Source of the DNA: Octopus vulgaris
Lineage: Eukaryota
Assembly: GCA_951406725.2 (NCBI GenBank)
Contig: OX597841.1
Span: forward strand, 6,138,001-6,202,000
DNA length: 64,000 nucleotides
Direction of reading: 5' to 3'
Shown: in pieces, positions 1 through 11,902 of the stretch
Layout of the letters: the number at the start of each line of letters is the position of its first letter
Position numbering within the stretch: the stretch's first letter is position 1
The notes under the pieces: model-generated
The model's input: only the letters and a program-made list of their open reading frames with translations
Databases searched by the model: none
Told to the model about the DNA's origin: nothing
Position numbers and translations under genes: made by a program

Positions 1-609
1 ATAGATGAACATCAATGGAATTTGTATCCTTGTGGTACCAGTGCCGGTGGCACATAAGAAAACCATCCGAACGTGGCCGTAGCCAGTACCGCATCGACTG
101 GCCTCCGTGCTGTGGGCACTAAAAAACACCATCCGATCGTGGCCGTCTGCCAGCCTCGTCTGGCACCTGTGTCGGTGGCACATAAAAAACACCATCCGAG
201 CGTGACCGTCTGCCAGCCTCGTCTGGCACCTGTGTCGGTGGCACATAAAAAACACCATCCGATCGTGGCTGTCTGCCAGCCTCGTCTGGCACCTGTGTCG
301 GTGGCACATAAAAAACACCATCCGAGCGTGACCGTCTGCCAGCCTCGTCTGGCACCTGTGTCGGTGGCACATAAAAAACACCATCCGATCGTGGCCGTCT
401 GCCAGCCTCGTCTGGCACCTGTGTCGGTGGCACATAAAATCACCCACTACACTCTCGGAGTGGTTGGCGTTAGGAAGGGCATCCAGCTGTAGAAACACTG
501 CCAGATCTGACTGGCCTGATGCAGCCTTCGGGCTTGCCAGACCCCAGTTGAACCGTCCAACCCATGCTAGCATGGAAAGCGAACGTTAAACGATGATGAT
601 GATGATGAT
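1..609 (+). mobile_element. RTE-type LINE 3' UTR with five 63-bp tandem units and (GAT)n tail
   Basis: Family motif GGCGTTAGGAAGGGCATCCAGCTGTAGAAAC; ends TAAACGATGATGAT; longer copies at 47197-47790 and 47995-48624 extend into an RTE-like ORF end. Confidence 0.7.
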
Positions 610-750
610 ATATAGCAGAAGCAACTAAGTGACTAACGGTCCAAGAGTTTTGTGCATTGGCACTTATCTTAATAAAAATATACATATACTCATAGTTTGA
701 GTTCTATCTTTCTTGTTTTCACCAAGATATATATATATATATATATATAT

Positions 751-998
751 ACGTATTTCAAAATAGAAAATTACTTTTAACAGGTAATTTTTACATGCTA
801 GAAATAGCAGCCAAACACCACAATTTTATAGCAAATTTCGAAGTACATGAAAAATAACAACGTTTACCTTGTTAAAGGTTTTTATTTTTCATGTACTTCG
901 AAATTTGCTATAAAATTGTGGTTTTTGGCCGTGTTTGGCTGCTATTTCTGGCATGTAAAAATTACCTGTTAAAGGGTAATTTTCTATTTTGAAACACG
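751..998. repeat. Foldback (about 105-bp inverted arms) next to a (TA)n tract
   Basis: 751-858 is the reverse complement of 881-998; contains GAAATAGCAGCCAAA, also seen in the 20460 foldback. Confidence 0.8.
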
Positions 999-1499
999 AA
1001 TATGTTGTCTATTGACTTTTTATACATGCTGGGCCACTGGTGGTGATATTTATAATGAGAATTCGCCACCCTATATATATATATATATATATACTCTTTT
1101 GACTGTGGCCATGCTGGAGCACAACCTTTAGTCGATCAAATCGACCCCAGGACTTATTCTATTGGCCTCTTATGCCGAATCGCTAAGTTATGGGGACGTA
1201 AACACACCACCATCGGTTGTCAACCAATGTTGGGATGACAAACAAAGACACACAAACATATACACACACATACATATACATACATACATATATACAATGG
1301 GCTTCTTTACACACAACTTTATATACCGTATTTTAACATTTGGGGGGGCATAAAATTTGGTAAAAAGGTTTTGTAAGGGATTATAATATTATCCATGTAT
1401 AAGAAACTCCCATATTTTTTTTAAACCTAATTTTTGACAAAAAAGGGTTCCTTCTACACGTTAAAATATGGTATATATCTTATCATGGTAATAAAGAAG

Positions 1500-2125
1500 A
1501 TTTTTGTTTTAAATTTTATTTATTGATATCATAACAAATGTTACAGAGATATTTTTACAGATCTCCGAGAATATATTTCTCAGTTATTCACCCAGAATAT
1601 CAAGTACAGCGACAATATCTTTCCTATATCCTGAAAATATTTTATATTGGATAGTTATGAGAATGTTTTCTATTCAAAATATTACAATAATATGTTATTT
1701 CACCAATGTTGATATAAAATATCGTGACTGCAGCTTGTTATCACACTGCTCGTATCTTCTTTCCCACGGGGAATACATTTATGGTTATACAAGTTATTTC
1801 TGAAACAGAATGAATTTTAACAAGCAGCTTGTGTCCAAGTAACCTTTTATGTCCCACATAAAAGGTTACTAAAAGGGGTGGCATAAGGAAGGGCTTCTGA
1901 CGGTAAAACAACTCCTCAAACAAACAACCATGACGGGATATAATTATTGCCAAAGGTTCATGGATTATTGTAAAGTCCACAAAGATAATTCAGGATTTAG
2001 CAGGGAAAATCATTTGAAAGTGTTCCTTGTTTGTTGTAAAGAAATTTCACAATGATAAAGTCATACTTTTGTATGGATAGATACATGTTTAGTTGAGTGG
2101 AGTTTGTGAGAGAATGATTTATACA
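1500..2125 (-). repeat. 3' flank block of ZNF-A1, inverted paralog of 12970-13570
   Basis: Near-identical reverse complement, including the relic terminal finger ending HTKV*. Confidence 0.85.
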
Positions 2126-2373
2126 TGTTATTTCTTAAATGGAATGAATTTTAACCAACAGATTGTGTCCAGGTAAGCTACATGCATCCCAGGTAACTGG
2201 TTACTAAAAGGGTTGGCATCAAGAAGGTCATCAGACTGCAAAACACTTTCTCCAAAAAAGGAACATTGATGAGTTATCATTTATCAATTATTGCCATGGC
2301 TTCATGGATTTCTGGTAAATTCACAAGGCTCAACCGTGCTTTAGCATGGGAAATGGTTTTAAAATATATTTCT

Positions 2374-2578
2374 ATACTACACACAAGGGACTAAACACAG
2401 AGGGGACAGACAAAGGGATTTAAGTCGATTACATCGACCCCAGTGCGTAACTGATACTTAATTTATCGACCCCGAAAGGATGAAAGGCAAAGTCGACCTC
2501 GGCGGAATTTGAACTTGGAACGTAACGACAGACGAATTACCGCAAAGCATTTCGCCCGGTTCGCTAACGTTTCTGCCT
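2374..2578 (-). mobile_element. SINE family B copy
   Basis: B-box-like GTTCAAATTCC; same family at 25820-26003 and 36025-36247. Confidence 0.75.
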
Positions 2579-2620
2579 AGTTACTGACATCTGCTGTAAT
2601 GAATTGTGGCAATGATTCAG

Positions 2621-3652
2621 TCACACTTTCATATGGATGGCTACATGTGTGGTTAAATGGCTTCTTTGAGTAAATGATTTTCCACAGATTTCACAGCAAT
2701 ATGGCTTCTCTCCTGTATGTATACGCTTGTGAGAAGCCAAGTTATGTATTCGAGAAAACGATTTACCACAGATGGCACAGTGAAAAGGCTTCTCTCTTGT
2801 GTGAATACGTTTGTGAGTTGTTAAGGCACTACTTACAGAGAACGATTTGCCACAGGCCTCACAGTGATACGGCTTCTGTCCCGTATGAATACGTTTGTGA
2901 TTAGTCAAGTCACAACTTCCAGAGAAGGATCTACCACAGATATCACAATGATATGGTTTCTCTCCTGTATGAATACGTTTGTGCATAGTTAAGGCACTAT
3001 TTACAGAGAATGATCTACCACAGATATCACAGTGATACGGCTTCTCCCCTGTATGAAGACGTTTGTGAGAAGTTAACTTATCAATTCGAGAGAATGATCT
3101 CCCACAAATATTACACTGAAATGGCTTCTCACCTGTATGACTACGCTTATGCGTAGTTAGGTTACCTTTCTGAGAGCATAATTTACCACAGATATCACAG
3201 TGAAATTGTTTTTCTCCTGTATGAATGTGTTTATGAGTTTTTAAATTACCTTTTTGAGAAAATAATTTACCACAAATGTCACAGTGAAATGGTTTCTCCC
3301 CCGTGTGACTACGTTTGTGTTTTGTTAAATTACTATTTTCAGTGAATGATTTACCACAGATGTCACAGTCATATGGCTTCTCCCCTGTATGAACATGCTT
3401 GTGTGTAGTTAAGTGAATACTTTGAGAGAATGATTTACCGCAGACGTCACAGTCATATGGTTTCTCTCCAGTGTGAACACGTTTATGAGTTGTCAAATCA
3501 CTACTTCCAGAGAATGATTTACCACAAACATCACAGTGAAACGGGTTCTCACCTGTATGAGTACGCTTATGTCGAATTAAGTTACGGGTATCAGTGAATG
3601 GTTTACCACAGATATCACAGTTATATGATGATTTTCGGATATCAGTCGACAT
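2621..3652 (-). CDS. C2H2 zinc-finger protein ZNF-A1, 12 fingers
   Basis: 12 CxxC-x12-HxxxH repeats with TGEKP linkers; first ATG at 3652 (ORF track starts at GTG 3655); ends IHMKV*; candidate splice acceptor (minus strand tttatttcAG) at about 4020. Confidence 0.93.
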   Translation of the reverse strand: MSTDIRKSSYNCDICGKPFTDTRNLIRHKRTHTGENPFHCDVCGKSFSGSSDLTTHKRVHTGEKPYDCDVCGKSFSQSIHLTTHKHVHTGEKPYDCDICGKSFTENSNLTKHKRSHTGEKPFHCDICGKLFSQKGNLKTHKHIHTGEKQFHCDICGKLCSQKGNLTTHKRSHTGEKPFQCNICGRSFSRIDKLTSHKRLHTGEKPYHCDICGRSFSVNSALTMHKRIHTGEKPYHCDICGRSFSGSCDLTNHKRIHTGQKPYHCEACGKSFSVSSALTTHKRIHTREKPFHCAICGKSFSRIHNLASHKRIHTGEKPYCCEICGKSFTQRSHLTTHVAIHMKV

Positions 3653-4089
3653 CACGATGAATACAAAACTCCAAACCTTTAATTTGTCACAGAATTAAAT
3701 TTTCTCCCTTCTTTTTCTCTTCTGAAATCAATATACGAATATCTTCCTTCGTTTTCTTTCTATAGTTTATTCTTTACAATTATCTCCTTATCAATATCTA
3801 AAGATGCTGCAAACTCCTTTACAAATAATTTCAAAGTTAATTAGAATGCAGAACCACTGAATAACGAATAGGAAAATGTTGCTATTTGTCTCAGTTCGGA
3901 GCAAATATTTCATACTTCACAGCAATATGATCATTTCTATTCTCCTTTAGTCTTTAAAAGATGATAAACATTCAAGATTTATCGAATGTAAAGAAAGTTC
4001 TTTTAAGCCATCCGTTAATCTGAAATAAAAAAAAGAAACAGCATAAGGTAGAGAAGAGAGATCAACATGGTTGTTATACAATGAAATAC

Positions 4090-4372
4090 GGTACTATTTA
4101 AGAAGAGTGGTCCCGGTGCGCGCACTCGCGTACCCGCGCTAGCTAGTCGTGACTAGTCGATCCTTTGTGTTTTTGTGTACTATTTACTTGTTTCAGTCAT
4201 TTGACTGCGGCCATGCTGGAGTACCGCCTTTAGTCGAGCAAATCGACCCCGGGACTTATTCTTTGTATAAGCCCCAGTACTTATTCTATCGGTCTCTTTT
4301 GCCGAACCGCTAAGTTACGGGGACGTAAACACACCAGCATCGGTCGTCAAGCAATGCTAGGGGGACAAACAC

Positions 4373-4406
<34 letters not shown>

Positions 4407-4420
4407 GATGATGATGATGA

Positions 4421-4465
<45 letters not shown>

Positions 4466-4710
4466 TACGACGGGCTTCTTTCAGTTTCCGTCTACGAAAT
4501 CCACTCACAAAGTGGTTGGTTAGCAAGCTACTTACCACACAGCCACTCCTGCTTTTGTGTTTTATTTACTTTGTTTAAAAAAAATTATTTATTTTGTGTT
4601 TTATTTACTTTGCAAGGTAGTCGTTTTAGGATCGACTAGTCACGACTAGCTAGCGCGGATGCGCGACTACGCGAGTGCGCGCAGCGGGACCACTCTTCTT
4701 AAATAGTACC
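4090..4710. mobile_element. Merlin-like MITE (family 1) with nested SINE-A (4183-4551)
   Basis: TIRs GGTACTATTTAAGAAGAGTGGTCCC; perfect 9-bp TSD ATGAAATAC. Confidence 0.85.
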
Positions 4711-4759
4711 ATGAAATACCAAGTTAAACAGATTACTGTTATAACTACCTAATTTAAAA

Positions 4760-5129
4760 AGCTTATTTTACATCATTCTCCAAACTATTCTCTACGACTT
4801 GGTAAACACCCACAAAGTTATCAACCACCTCACCAACAACAACACTGAACACCTTTTTGATCTCCATGTGTCCAACACACGTGGACATGCCTACAAAGTC
4901 AGAAAACAACACAGCTCCCATGACTTTCGGAAACATTTTTTCACGCTCAGAGTTGCTGAAGCATGGAACAAACTGCCTGCGTCAGTTGTTGACTGCCATG
5001 ACACTGCATCCTTTAAGGCCCTCATGCTTCCCGAAATCCGTCGAATCTACACCTGATTATATATACACTTTAGATGAGTTGTAGTGCACCTGAGCACTGT
5101 ACACAATTATCATTATTATTATTATTATA
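4760..5129 (+). mobile_element. CR1/L2-group LINE 3' end
   Basis: Encodes TRGHAYKVRK..FRKHFFTLRVAEAWNKLP (typical ORF2 C-terminus); (ATT)n tail. Confidence 0.8.
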
Positions 5130-5367
5130 GTCTCTGCTAATGGTTGTGTAACAAGAGAATGCCAACTGGTTTCTTTATAACTTTCTAGAAAAACATTTTT
5201 CCGTGAGATACATTTCCACGGGGGACGGAATATTATTATAACGATAAAATTTAGAAAATGGACTTTTATATATTTGAAACATCAACGTTACTTAATCAAC
5301 ACTCTCGAATACGCACTTCTGTAAAATGTCATTTAAAACAAATGTATTTTAAGCCGAATTATGGGGA

Positions 5368-5668
5368 ATAATAATAATAATAATAATAATGAAATTATTG
5401 TATACAGTGCTCAGGTGCACCACAACTTGTCAGAAAGTGCATATAAAGTATATGCAGTAATGTAGAAATGTCTGGAAAGTGAACATGCTTGTGTGTGTAT
5501 AGAGGGTAGTAAATCAGGTGTAGTGTTGGCGAATCTCAGAAAGTATGGAAGTTTTGAAGGATGCAGTGCTCCGACAACTAACAACCGATGCCGGCAGTTT
5601 GTTCCATGCTTCAGCAACTCTCAGCGTGAAAAAATGTTTCCCGAAGTCATGGGAGCTGTGCTGTTTTC
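5368..5668 (-). mobile_element. CR1/L2-group LINE 3' end
   Basis: Same family in the opposite orientation, (ATT)n tail. Confidence 0.8.
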
Positions 5669-6069
5669 CAAGATATTGGAGACGGAGGGAAATGAGTCGG
5701 AACTTCTCAAAAAGAACAACCTTTTAAGCATTATCTACATAATCGTAATCTACACCCTCTAAAACGTATCTCTGCAAAACTACTTGTTCTAAACGATTAT
5801 CAAGAACATATATACTGATTTTTTATTACCCACAAGGGGCGATGCAGATGGGACATTACAAAACATATACACACACATTCAACTCCAGAATAATAATTAA
5901 TGATACTAAAGATGGTGCTATGGCCTTTTCTTTGATAATAACTTTCTTGTTTATTTAAATTCAGTTCAATGCACACTTGCCTTGTACTAACCATTTCTCT
6001 TTGTGTGTGTCTGTATATGTGTTCTTTATAATCGTTTAGAACAAGTAGTTTACACCAATTACACTATTT

Positions 6070-6501
6070 GGCAATATTTCGTCTCTAGTAGACCTTTCCG
6101 TCGATTTCCGTAATAAATTTTTTTTTTTTTTACATATGGGCTTGCGGGAACTTTTGAAGTAATGAGAGCGAAAGAGACTAAGAGAAAGCGATTGTATGAC
6201 GAGGGAAGTTCTTTTGAAGTTACCGTGCATGTGAAGCATTGATGTACATGTGTGTGTGTGTGTGTGTTTGATGGGGTGTGGGAGACAGGCAGTATGTTGT
6301 GTAAGTGAAGTGCTTCTGTTAGTGTGTGTGAAGAGACAGAGAGAGTAATGTGTGAAAGAGAGAGATAACTGAAATTTTTTACTCGGTGTATGTGTATATG
6401 TATGTATATTACTTCAAAAGTTCCCGCAAGCCCATATGTAAAAAAAAAAAAAATTTTTTACGGAAATCGACGGAAAGGTCTACTAGAGACGTAAGATCGC
6501 C
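6070..6501. mobile_element. Merlin-like MITE (family 2)
   Basis: About 90-bp TIRs starting GGCAATATTTCGTCTCTAGTAGACC; 8-bp TSD CACTATTT. Confidence 0.85.
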
Positions 6502-6687
6502 CACTATTTTTTTTCTTTTTTTCCGGCCCGGGTCAAACACTTTAGTTTAAAGGCCATGGACTTAAGATGTGAATTTTCCGAGTCCTCTCCTCCCCCTTTC
6601 GCGAGAGCGCATTTTTCTTTTGTCATATTCGTTTAGAACAAGTTGTTTTACACCAATTACACTAATTTTTGCTTGTTTTTGTGTCCG

Positions 6688-6746
6688 GGTCAAACCCTTT
6701 AGTTTGGGTCAAACCCTTTAGTTTGGGTCAAACCCTTTAGTTTGAC
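6688..6746. repeat. 19-bp minisatellite (GGGTCAAACCCTTTAGTTT)x3
   Basis: Direct tandem copies; a 14-bp ATGAATTATAAGAA x3 array lies at 6891-6936. Confidence 0.85.
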
Positions 6747-6959
6747 CAAAATAAGTTATATTAGCATCAAATTAACAAAAGATTAAACAACAAAATACGT
6801 CGCTGTTACAACTTACTGTTTGTACCCGAGTGAAATTCGATCTCATGGAAACAGTTGCTCCTATCCTAGCTTTATAATATATTAATTATAATGAATTATA
6901 AGAAATGAATTATAAGAAATGAATTATAAGAAATGAAATAATTCGGACAAAACGAAAGA

Positions 6960-7450
6960 AGTTTTTAGACATCAATTCATATTTGTCAGTATTAAATCAA
7001 CGTTTCCCTTTGTGAATGATTATCTCACTAGGAAAAACTTATGAAAACAATAAAGATATATTTAATATATATTTAAGCAAAGAGTAAATGAGATACGCTA
7101 CTAAATACACAAATATATTTGAGGTGGGGAAAAGTAGTTGAAGACATGTAATGACGAGATACGAATTGATGTCTGAAGAATAAGAAGCCAAACGAAAGTG
7201 GATGTCGCAGAATTTTTGGAATTGGAAAGAAAGGTTTGGAAATCCTAATCTAAGGACGAGAGAGAAACCCGTTTTGCAGTTTGGTCGACGCACTGGTTCA
7301 CTGCTGGGAAACGGTGCAGAATTTTTGAATTTTTGGAATTGGAAAGAAAGGTTTAGAAATCCTAATCTAAGGACGAGAGAGAAACCCGTTTTGCAGTTTG
7401 GTCGACGCACTGGTTCACTGCTGGGAAACGGCGACAAACAACGGTAAGTC
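6960..7450 (+). promoter_or_regulatory. Candidate promoter and non-coding first exon of ZNF-A2
   Basis: Homologous to 18885-19260; ends in donor ACG|GTAAGT at 7444; internal ~105-bp duplication at offset 117. Confidence 0.6.
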
Positions 7451-7507
7451 GACGAAGATTTACCTGAATAATAATAAATCTGTAATTACGTTTGTGAATA
7501 TACACAT

Positions 7508-7690
7508 TCTTTTTCTTTTATTTGTTTCAGTCGTTTGACTGCGGCCATGCTGGAGCACCGCCTTTAGTCGAGCAAATCGACCCCGGGACTTATTCTTTGT
7601 AAGCCCAGTACTTATTCTATCGGTCTCTTTTTGCCGAACCGCTAAGTGACGGGGATGTAAACACACTAGCACACAAACACACACGCATAC

Positions 7691-7728
<38 letters not shown>

Positions 7729-7892
7729 GACAGGCTTCTTTCAGTTTCCGCCTACCAAATCCATTCACAAGGCTTTGGGTCGGCCCGGGGCTATAGCAGA
7801 AGACACTTGCCCAAGATGCCACGCAGTGGGACTGAACCCGGAACCATGTGGTTGGTTAGCAAGCTACTTACCACACAGCCACTCCTGCGCCT
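7508..7892 (-). mobile_element. SINE family A (tRNA head, CORE-like CCTTGGGCAAG, internal (TA)n)
   Basis: Head GGCGCAGGAGTGGCTGTGTGGTAAG...GGTTCAGTCCC; more than 15 full or partial copies in the window. Confidence 0.85.
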
Positions 7893-7917
7893 AAACACGT
7901 TTAGGTTTGCATGTGAA

Positions 7918-8390
7918 TCTTCTCTCTATATATAAACGGCAGTTTGTGTGTCTGTCAGGTTGTACCCTCATTTCTCTCTATATAAACGGCAGTTTGTCTG
8001 TCTGTGTGTCTGTCAGGTTGTACCCTCACCCTGACCACGGCTTTCAACCGATTCTGATGAAACTTGACACACACATAGCCCAATGTCATAATTCAAAACT
8101 AACGCAGCGAAAATTTTGAAAAGTTCCCCCAGTTCTGAAAAAATCGATAAATTTGACATGGGGGTCGAGAATCTAAGCTTTTTAATATGCAACACATTTT
8201 CTGTCTAGGGGACACAACTCGACCTTTTTATCGCCCAAAGGGACAGCTAGGAACATCGTATACACAGAAGTATTCGAGTGAAGAGTGAAGAGAAGACATT
8301 CGTTCCCTAGAGGGAAAGGACTAGATTGGGATTAGTCATTGCCTACTAGGGGCTCTTACATACCCAGGCAACGCTGGGCTATGCAGCTAG
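7918..8390 (+). mobile_element. Non-autonomous Helitron (family 1)
   Basis: 5' TC start; 3' hairpin CCCAGGCAACGCTGGG then CTAG|T; 3' fragment also at 38815-39016. Confidence 0.75.
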
Positions 8391-8514
8391 TATGAAATAA
8401 AAGGGGTTGGCATTAAGAAGGGGACCTAGTCGTAGGTTGCTGGTTTATTACAAAAATCTGTTTGAGTAACTATTTCTGGAAAAATGATGGGGGACAGAAT
8501 TAATATGAATGATT

Positions 8515-8763
8515 GCATTATTTACATTTGATGGATACTTGTCCACATCTTGTTTGTTCTTAACACAACGTTTCGGCTGATATACCCTCCAGCCGTCTTC
8601 AGGTGTCTTGGGTAAACGTCGAACCTGGGTTCTCATTCCTCAGGTATATTTTTCGATGTTATTATTATTATTATTGTTGTTCAGGTCACTGCTTAGAATC
8701 GAACTTGGAATTTTGGGGTTAGTAAACCGTGCTCTTAACCACTACGTCATATGCCCGTGGGCA
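8515..8763 (-). mobile_element. tRNA-headed element carrying a minimal hammerhead ribozyme (Penelope-associated, inferred)
   Basis: A/B boxes in head; hammerhead at 8563-8606; second copy at 16805-17236. Confidence 0.75.
8563..8606 (-). ncRNA. Minimal type I hammerhead ribozyme motif, intact core
   Basis: ACAC CUGAAGA C GGCUG-loop-CAGCC GAAA CG UU GUGU. Confidence 0.75.
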
Positions 8764-8937
8764 ACCAGGCCTTTTGTGATACCCTTAAAGCCAAGAGAGG
8801 CCATATCAGTGTGAAATCTTAAAGCCAAGACCTTTCCAACATTCCCTCATAAATTTGTAAAACGTTACACAACCTGAAGATGAAGGTAAAGTAGCAGGTG
8901 TCACCCAATGTTATATGATGTCGTTTGTTAATCAATA

Positions 8938-9321
8938 TAGGCGCAGGAGTGGCTGTGTGATAAGTAGCTTGCTTACCAACCACATGGTTCTGGGTTCAGT
9001 CCCACTGCGTGGCACCTTAGGCAAGTGTCTTCTGCTATAGCCTCGGGCTGACCAAAGCCTTGTGAGTGGATTTGGTAGACGGAAACTGAAAGAAGCCTGT
9101 CGTATATATGTATATGTGTGTGTGTCTGTGTTTGACCCCCTAGCATTGCTTGACAACCGATGCTGGTGTGTTTATGTCCCCATCACTTAGCGTTTCGGCA
9201 AAAGAGACCGATAGAATAAGTACTGGGCTTACACAGAATAAGTCCCGGGGTGGAGTTGCTCGATTAAAGGCGGTGCTCCAGCATGGGCGCAGTCAAATGA
9301 CTGAAACAAGTAAAAGAGTAT
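8938..9321 (+). mobile_element. SINE family A
   Basis: Full-length copy, inverted relative to 7508-7892. Confidence 0.85.
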
Positions 9322-9567
9322 AGAAATGTTGTAACATTTCTCTTTTGATCTTTCATCTCTATCTAATTCTGTTTCTTTATTATTTCAGATTAATTGATGA
9401 CATTGGCATGAAAGAAATTTTTATCACATTGGATACATCATCAATATTTATCATATTCAAAGGCTAAAAGAATATATTCTACAGAACAGATATGACACTA
9501 TTTCTATCACCCTGTGGTAGGATGACTGACATATTTGCCTTGAACTGAAATTTGTAACATTTCTCTG

Positions 9568-9970
9568 TTAAACTGGCCATATCAGCCCCTTGTCTGAAGT
9601 ACAAACAGGCCTGCTCTAGCATCTCACACCTATCATACAATGCCATCCTAAATATAGACAATAATATAGAAATCTCAAAGCTTCGAGACAATTCATGATT
9701 AATTCAAAAGAATATGAGTCAAAAAAGCTTTACATTTCACAGAGTAGGTGGAATGATAAAGGGTTAGCATTTTAACTGGCCATATCAGCCCCTTGTCTGA
9801 AGTACAAACTGGCCTGGTCTAGCATCTTTCACCTGTCATACAATGCCATCCTAAATATGAACAATAATATAGAAATCTCAAAGCTTCGAGACAATTCATG
9901 ATTAATTCAAAAGAATATGAGTCAAAAAAGCTTTACATTTCACAGAGTAGGTGGAACGGTAAAGGGTTAA
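9568..9970. repeat. Tandem duplication (about 203 bp) of a piggyBac-like MITE fragment
   Basis: Two near-identical units ending AAAGGGTTA(A); resembles 36829-37057. Confidence 0.7.
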
Positions 9971-10068
9971 ACTTGAATACAATTTTAAAGAAGTCTGCAG
10001 CATCTTCAGGTATCAGTGAAGATCACAGCTGATAGCAGAGGATAGAGTTTTTTGCATTCTTTGAAAAG

Positions 10069-10596
10069 ATGTCGAAAAAGTTACGAGAAGCATCATTTCA
10101 TTGCGAAATCTGTGGTATATTATTCTCTAGAGGTATTGACTTAACTAGACACATACGTATTCATACAGGAGAGAGACCATTTCATTGTGATTTCTGTGGT
10201 AAATCATTTTCTCGTAGCAATGTCTTAACTGTACACAAACGTATTCATACAGGTGAGAAACCATATCGTTGCGATATCTGTGATAAATCATTCTCTGAAA
10301 ATGCTAATTTAAATCGACACAAACGCATCCATTCAGAAGAGAAACCATATGACTGTGATATCTGTGGTAAATCATTCTCTCGAAGTAGTGACTTGGGTAA
10401 GCATACACATGTACATACTGGGCTGAAACCATATCGCTGTGATATTTGTGGTAAGTCCTTCTCTCAAAGTGCTAACTTGACTAACCACAAGCGTATCCAC
10501 ACGGGGGAGAGGCCATATCAGTGTGAAATCTGTGGCAAATCATTTGCTCAAAAATGCAACTTAACAACACATACATCTATTCATTCAAAAGTGTGA
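10069..10596 (+). CDS. C2H2 zinc-finger protein ZNF-A2, 6 fingers
   Basis: 6 canonical fingers, ends IHSKV*; acceptor ttatttcAG at 9387-9388 homologous to those of A1 and A3. Confidence 0.9.
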   Translation: MSKKLREASFHCEICGILFSRGIDLTRHIRIHTGERPFHCDFCGKSFSRSNVLTVHKRIHTGEKPYRCDICDKSFSENANLNRHKRIHSEEKPYDCDICGKSFSRSSDLGKHTHVHTGLKPYRCDICGKSFSQSANLTNHKRIHTGERPYQCEICGKSFAQKCNLTTHTSIHSKV

Positions 10597-10789
10597 GTCC
10601 GTATTCTGTTACCACTTCTCTGGTTTCAGTCATTTCACTGTGGCCATGCTGGAGCACTGCCTTTAGTCGAATAAATTGACCTCAGGGCTTATTCTATCGT
10701 TTTCTTCTGCTGAGCCACCAAGTTACTGGGACGTGAAGACACCAGCATTGGTTGTCAAGCGATGGTGGTGGGGGCAAACAGATACATAT

Positions 10790-11105
10790 GTCATCATCAT
10801 CATCATCCTCATCATTTAACGTCCGTTTTCTGTGCTAGCACGGGTTGGACGGTTTCGACCGGGGTCTGGGGAGTCAGGGGCTGCCCCAGGCTCCAGTCTG
10901 GTCTGGCAGTGTTTCTACAGCTGGATGCCCTTCCTAACGCCAACCACACCGCGAGTGTAGTGGGTGCTTTTTACGTGCCACCTGCACAGGTGCCAGAGGG
11001 GTCTGGCATCGGCCACGGTCAGTTGGTGCTTTTTATATGCCACCTGCACAGAAGCCAGTCGGGGCGGTGCTGGCATCGGCCACGTTCGGATGGTGGTTTT
11101 TTATG
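10790..11105 (-). mobile_element. RTE-type LINE 3' UTR
   Basis: Family motif and (GAT)n tail; in the 3' flank of ZNF-A2. Confidence 0.7.
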
Positions 11106-11162
11106 TGGGGGGGAGGGTGCAGAAATATAGGGGAGCACCAGTGGGGAGGGGTGTTCGGAGAA

Positions 11163-11193
<31 letters not shown>

Positions 11194-11196
<3 letters not shown>

Positions 11197-11423
11197 GAAG
11201 CGCAATGGCCCAGTGGTTAGGGCAGCGGACTTGCGGTCAGAGGATCGCGGCTTCGATTCCCAGACCGGGTGTTGTGAGTGTTTATTGAGCGAAAACACCT
11301 AAAAAAGCTCCACGAGGCTCCGGCAGGGGGTGGTGATCCCTACTGTACTCTTTCACCACTCTTTCTTCTGTTGGCCTGCTCGCTTAGCTAGCGGGGTGGC
11401 GTCATTCGAAGGCTAAAACAATG
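11194..11423 (+). mobile_element. SINE family C, tail type 1
   Basis: tRNA head TGGCCCAGTGG...TTCGATTCC; copy at 16009-16310. Confidence 0.8.
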
Positions 11424-11902
11424 CAAACGCATTGTGACCAGCGATGTGTAACAACATCTGATGGTCTGGTTGATCACGTGATATGTATATATATATGTAT
11501 ATATATATATATATGACAATAGGGTTCAGTAAAATATTTTACTGAACCCTATTTTTATAATGTAATATTTCAAACATACCGTAAATGGTCGTTTTACATA
11601 CTGAACACTACTTGGTAAAATTAATTAATAATTAATTAATTTTACCCTTTATTATTGACAATATATATATATATGTATATATATACTTAACGTAAGGTAT
11701 ACTAGCCATCTGAATGTGGCTAGCCACTGGGGGTGGGGTGTTACTGATGCTTTTAGCCCCAGGCGATCAACGTCTCCAGATGGACTTTAGACACTATCTC
11801 AGTGCCCTTGTGTTATTTGCAAAGGGAGGTCATCCTCCCTCGAAAACCTAAGTACTACATACGGACTATAGTTTCAAGGTAATTGCCTCTCGTCTATATA
11901 TA

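Noticed and set aside
121-435. CRISPR-like array or 21-aa repeat protein
   Set aside because: Head-to-tail 63-bp units with no unique spacers, inside a retroelement UTR in eukaryotic DNA; the ORFs stay open only because the unit length is a multiple of three
6688-6746. Telomere-like repeat
   Set aside because: 19-bp unit, not TTAGGG arrays
7039-7447. 132-aa and 81-aa ORFs with an internal repeat
   Set aside because: They arise from a 117-bp-offset duplication in a predicted non-coding exon; no corresponding ORF is called in the paralog at 18885-19260
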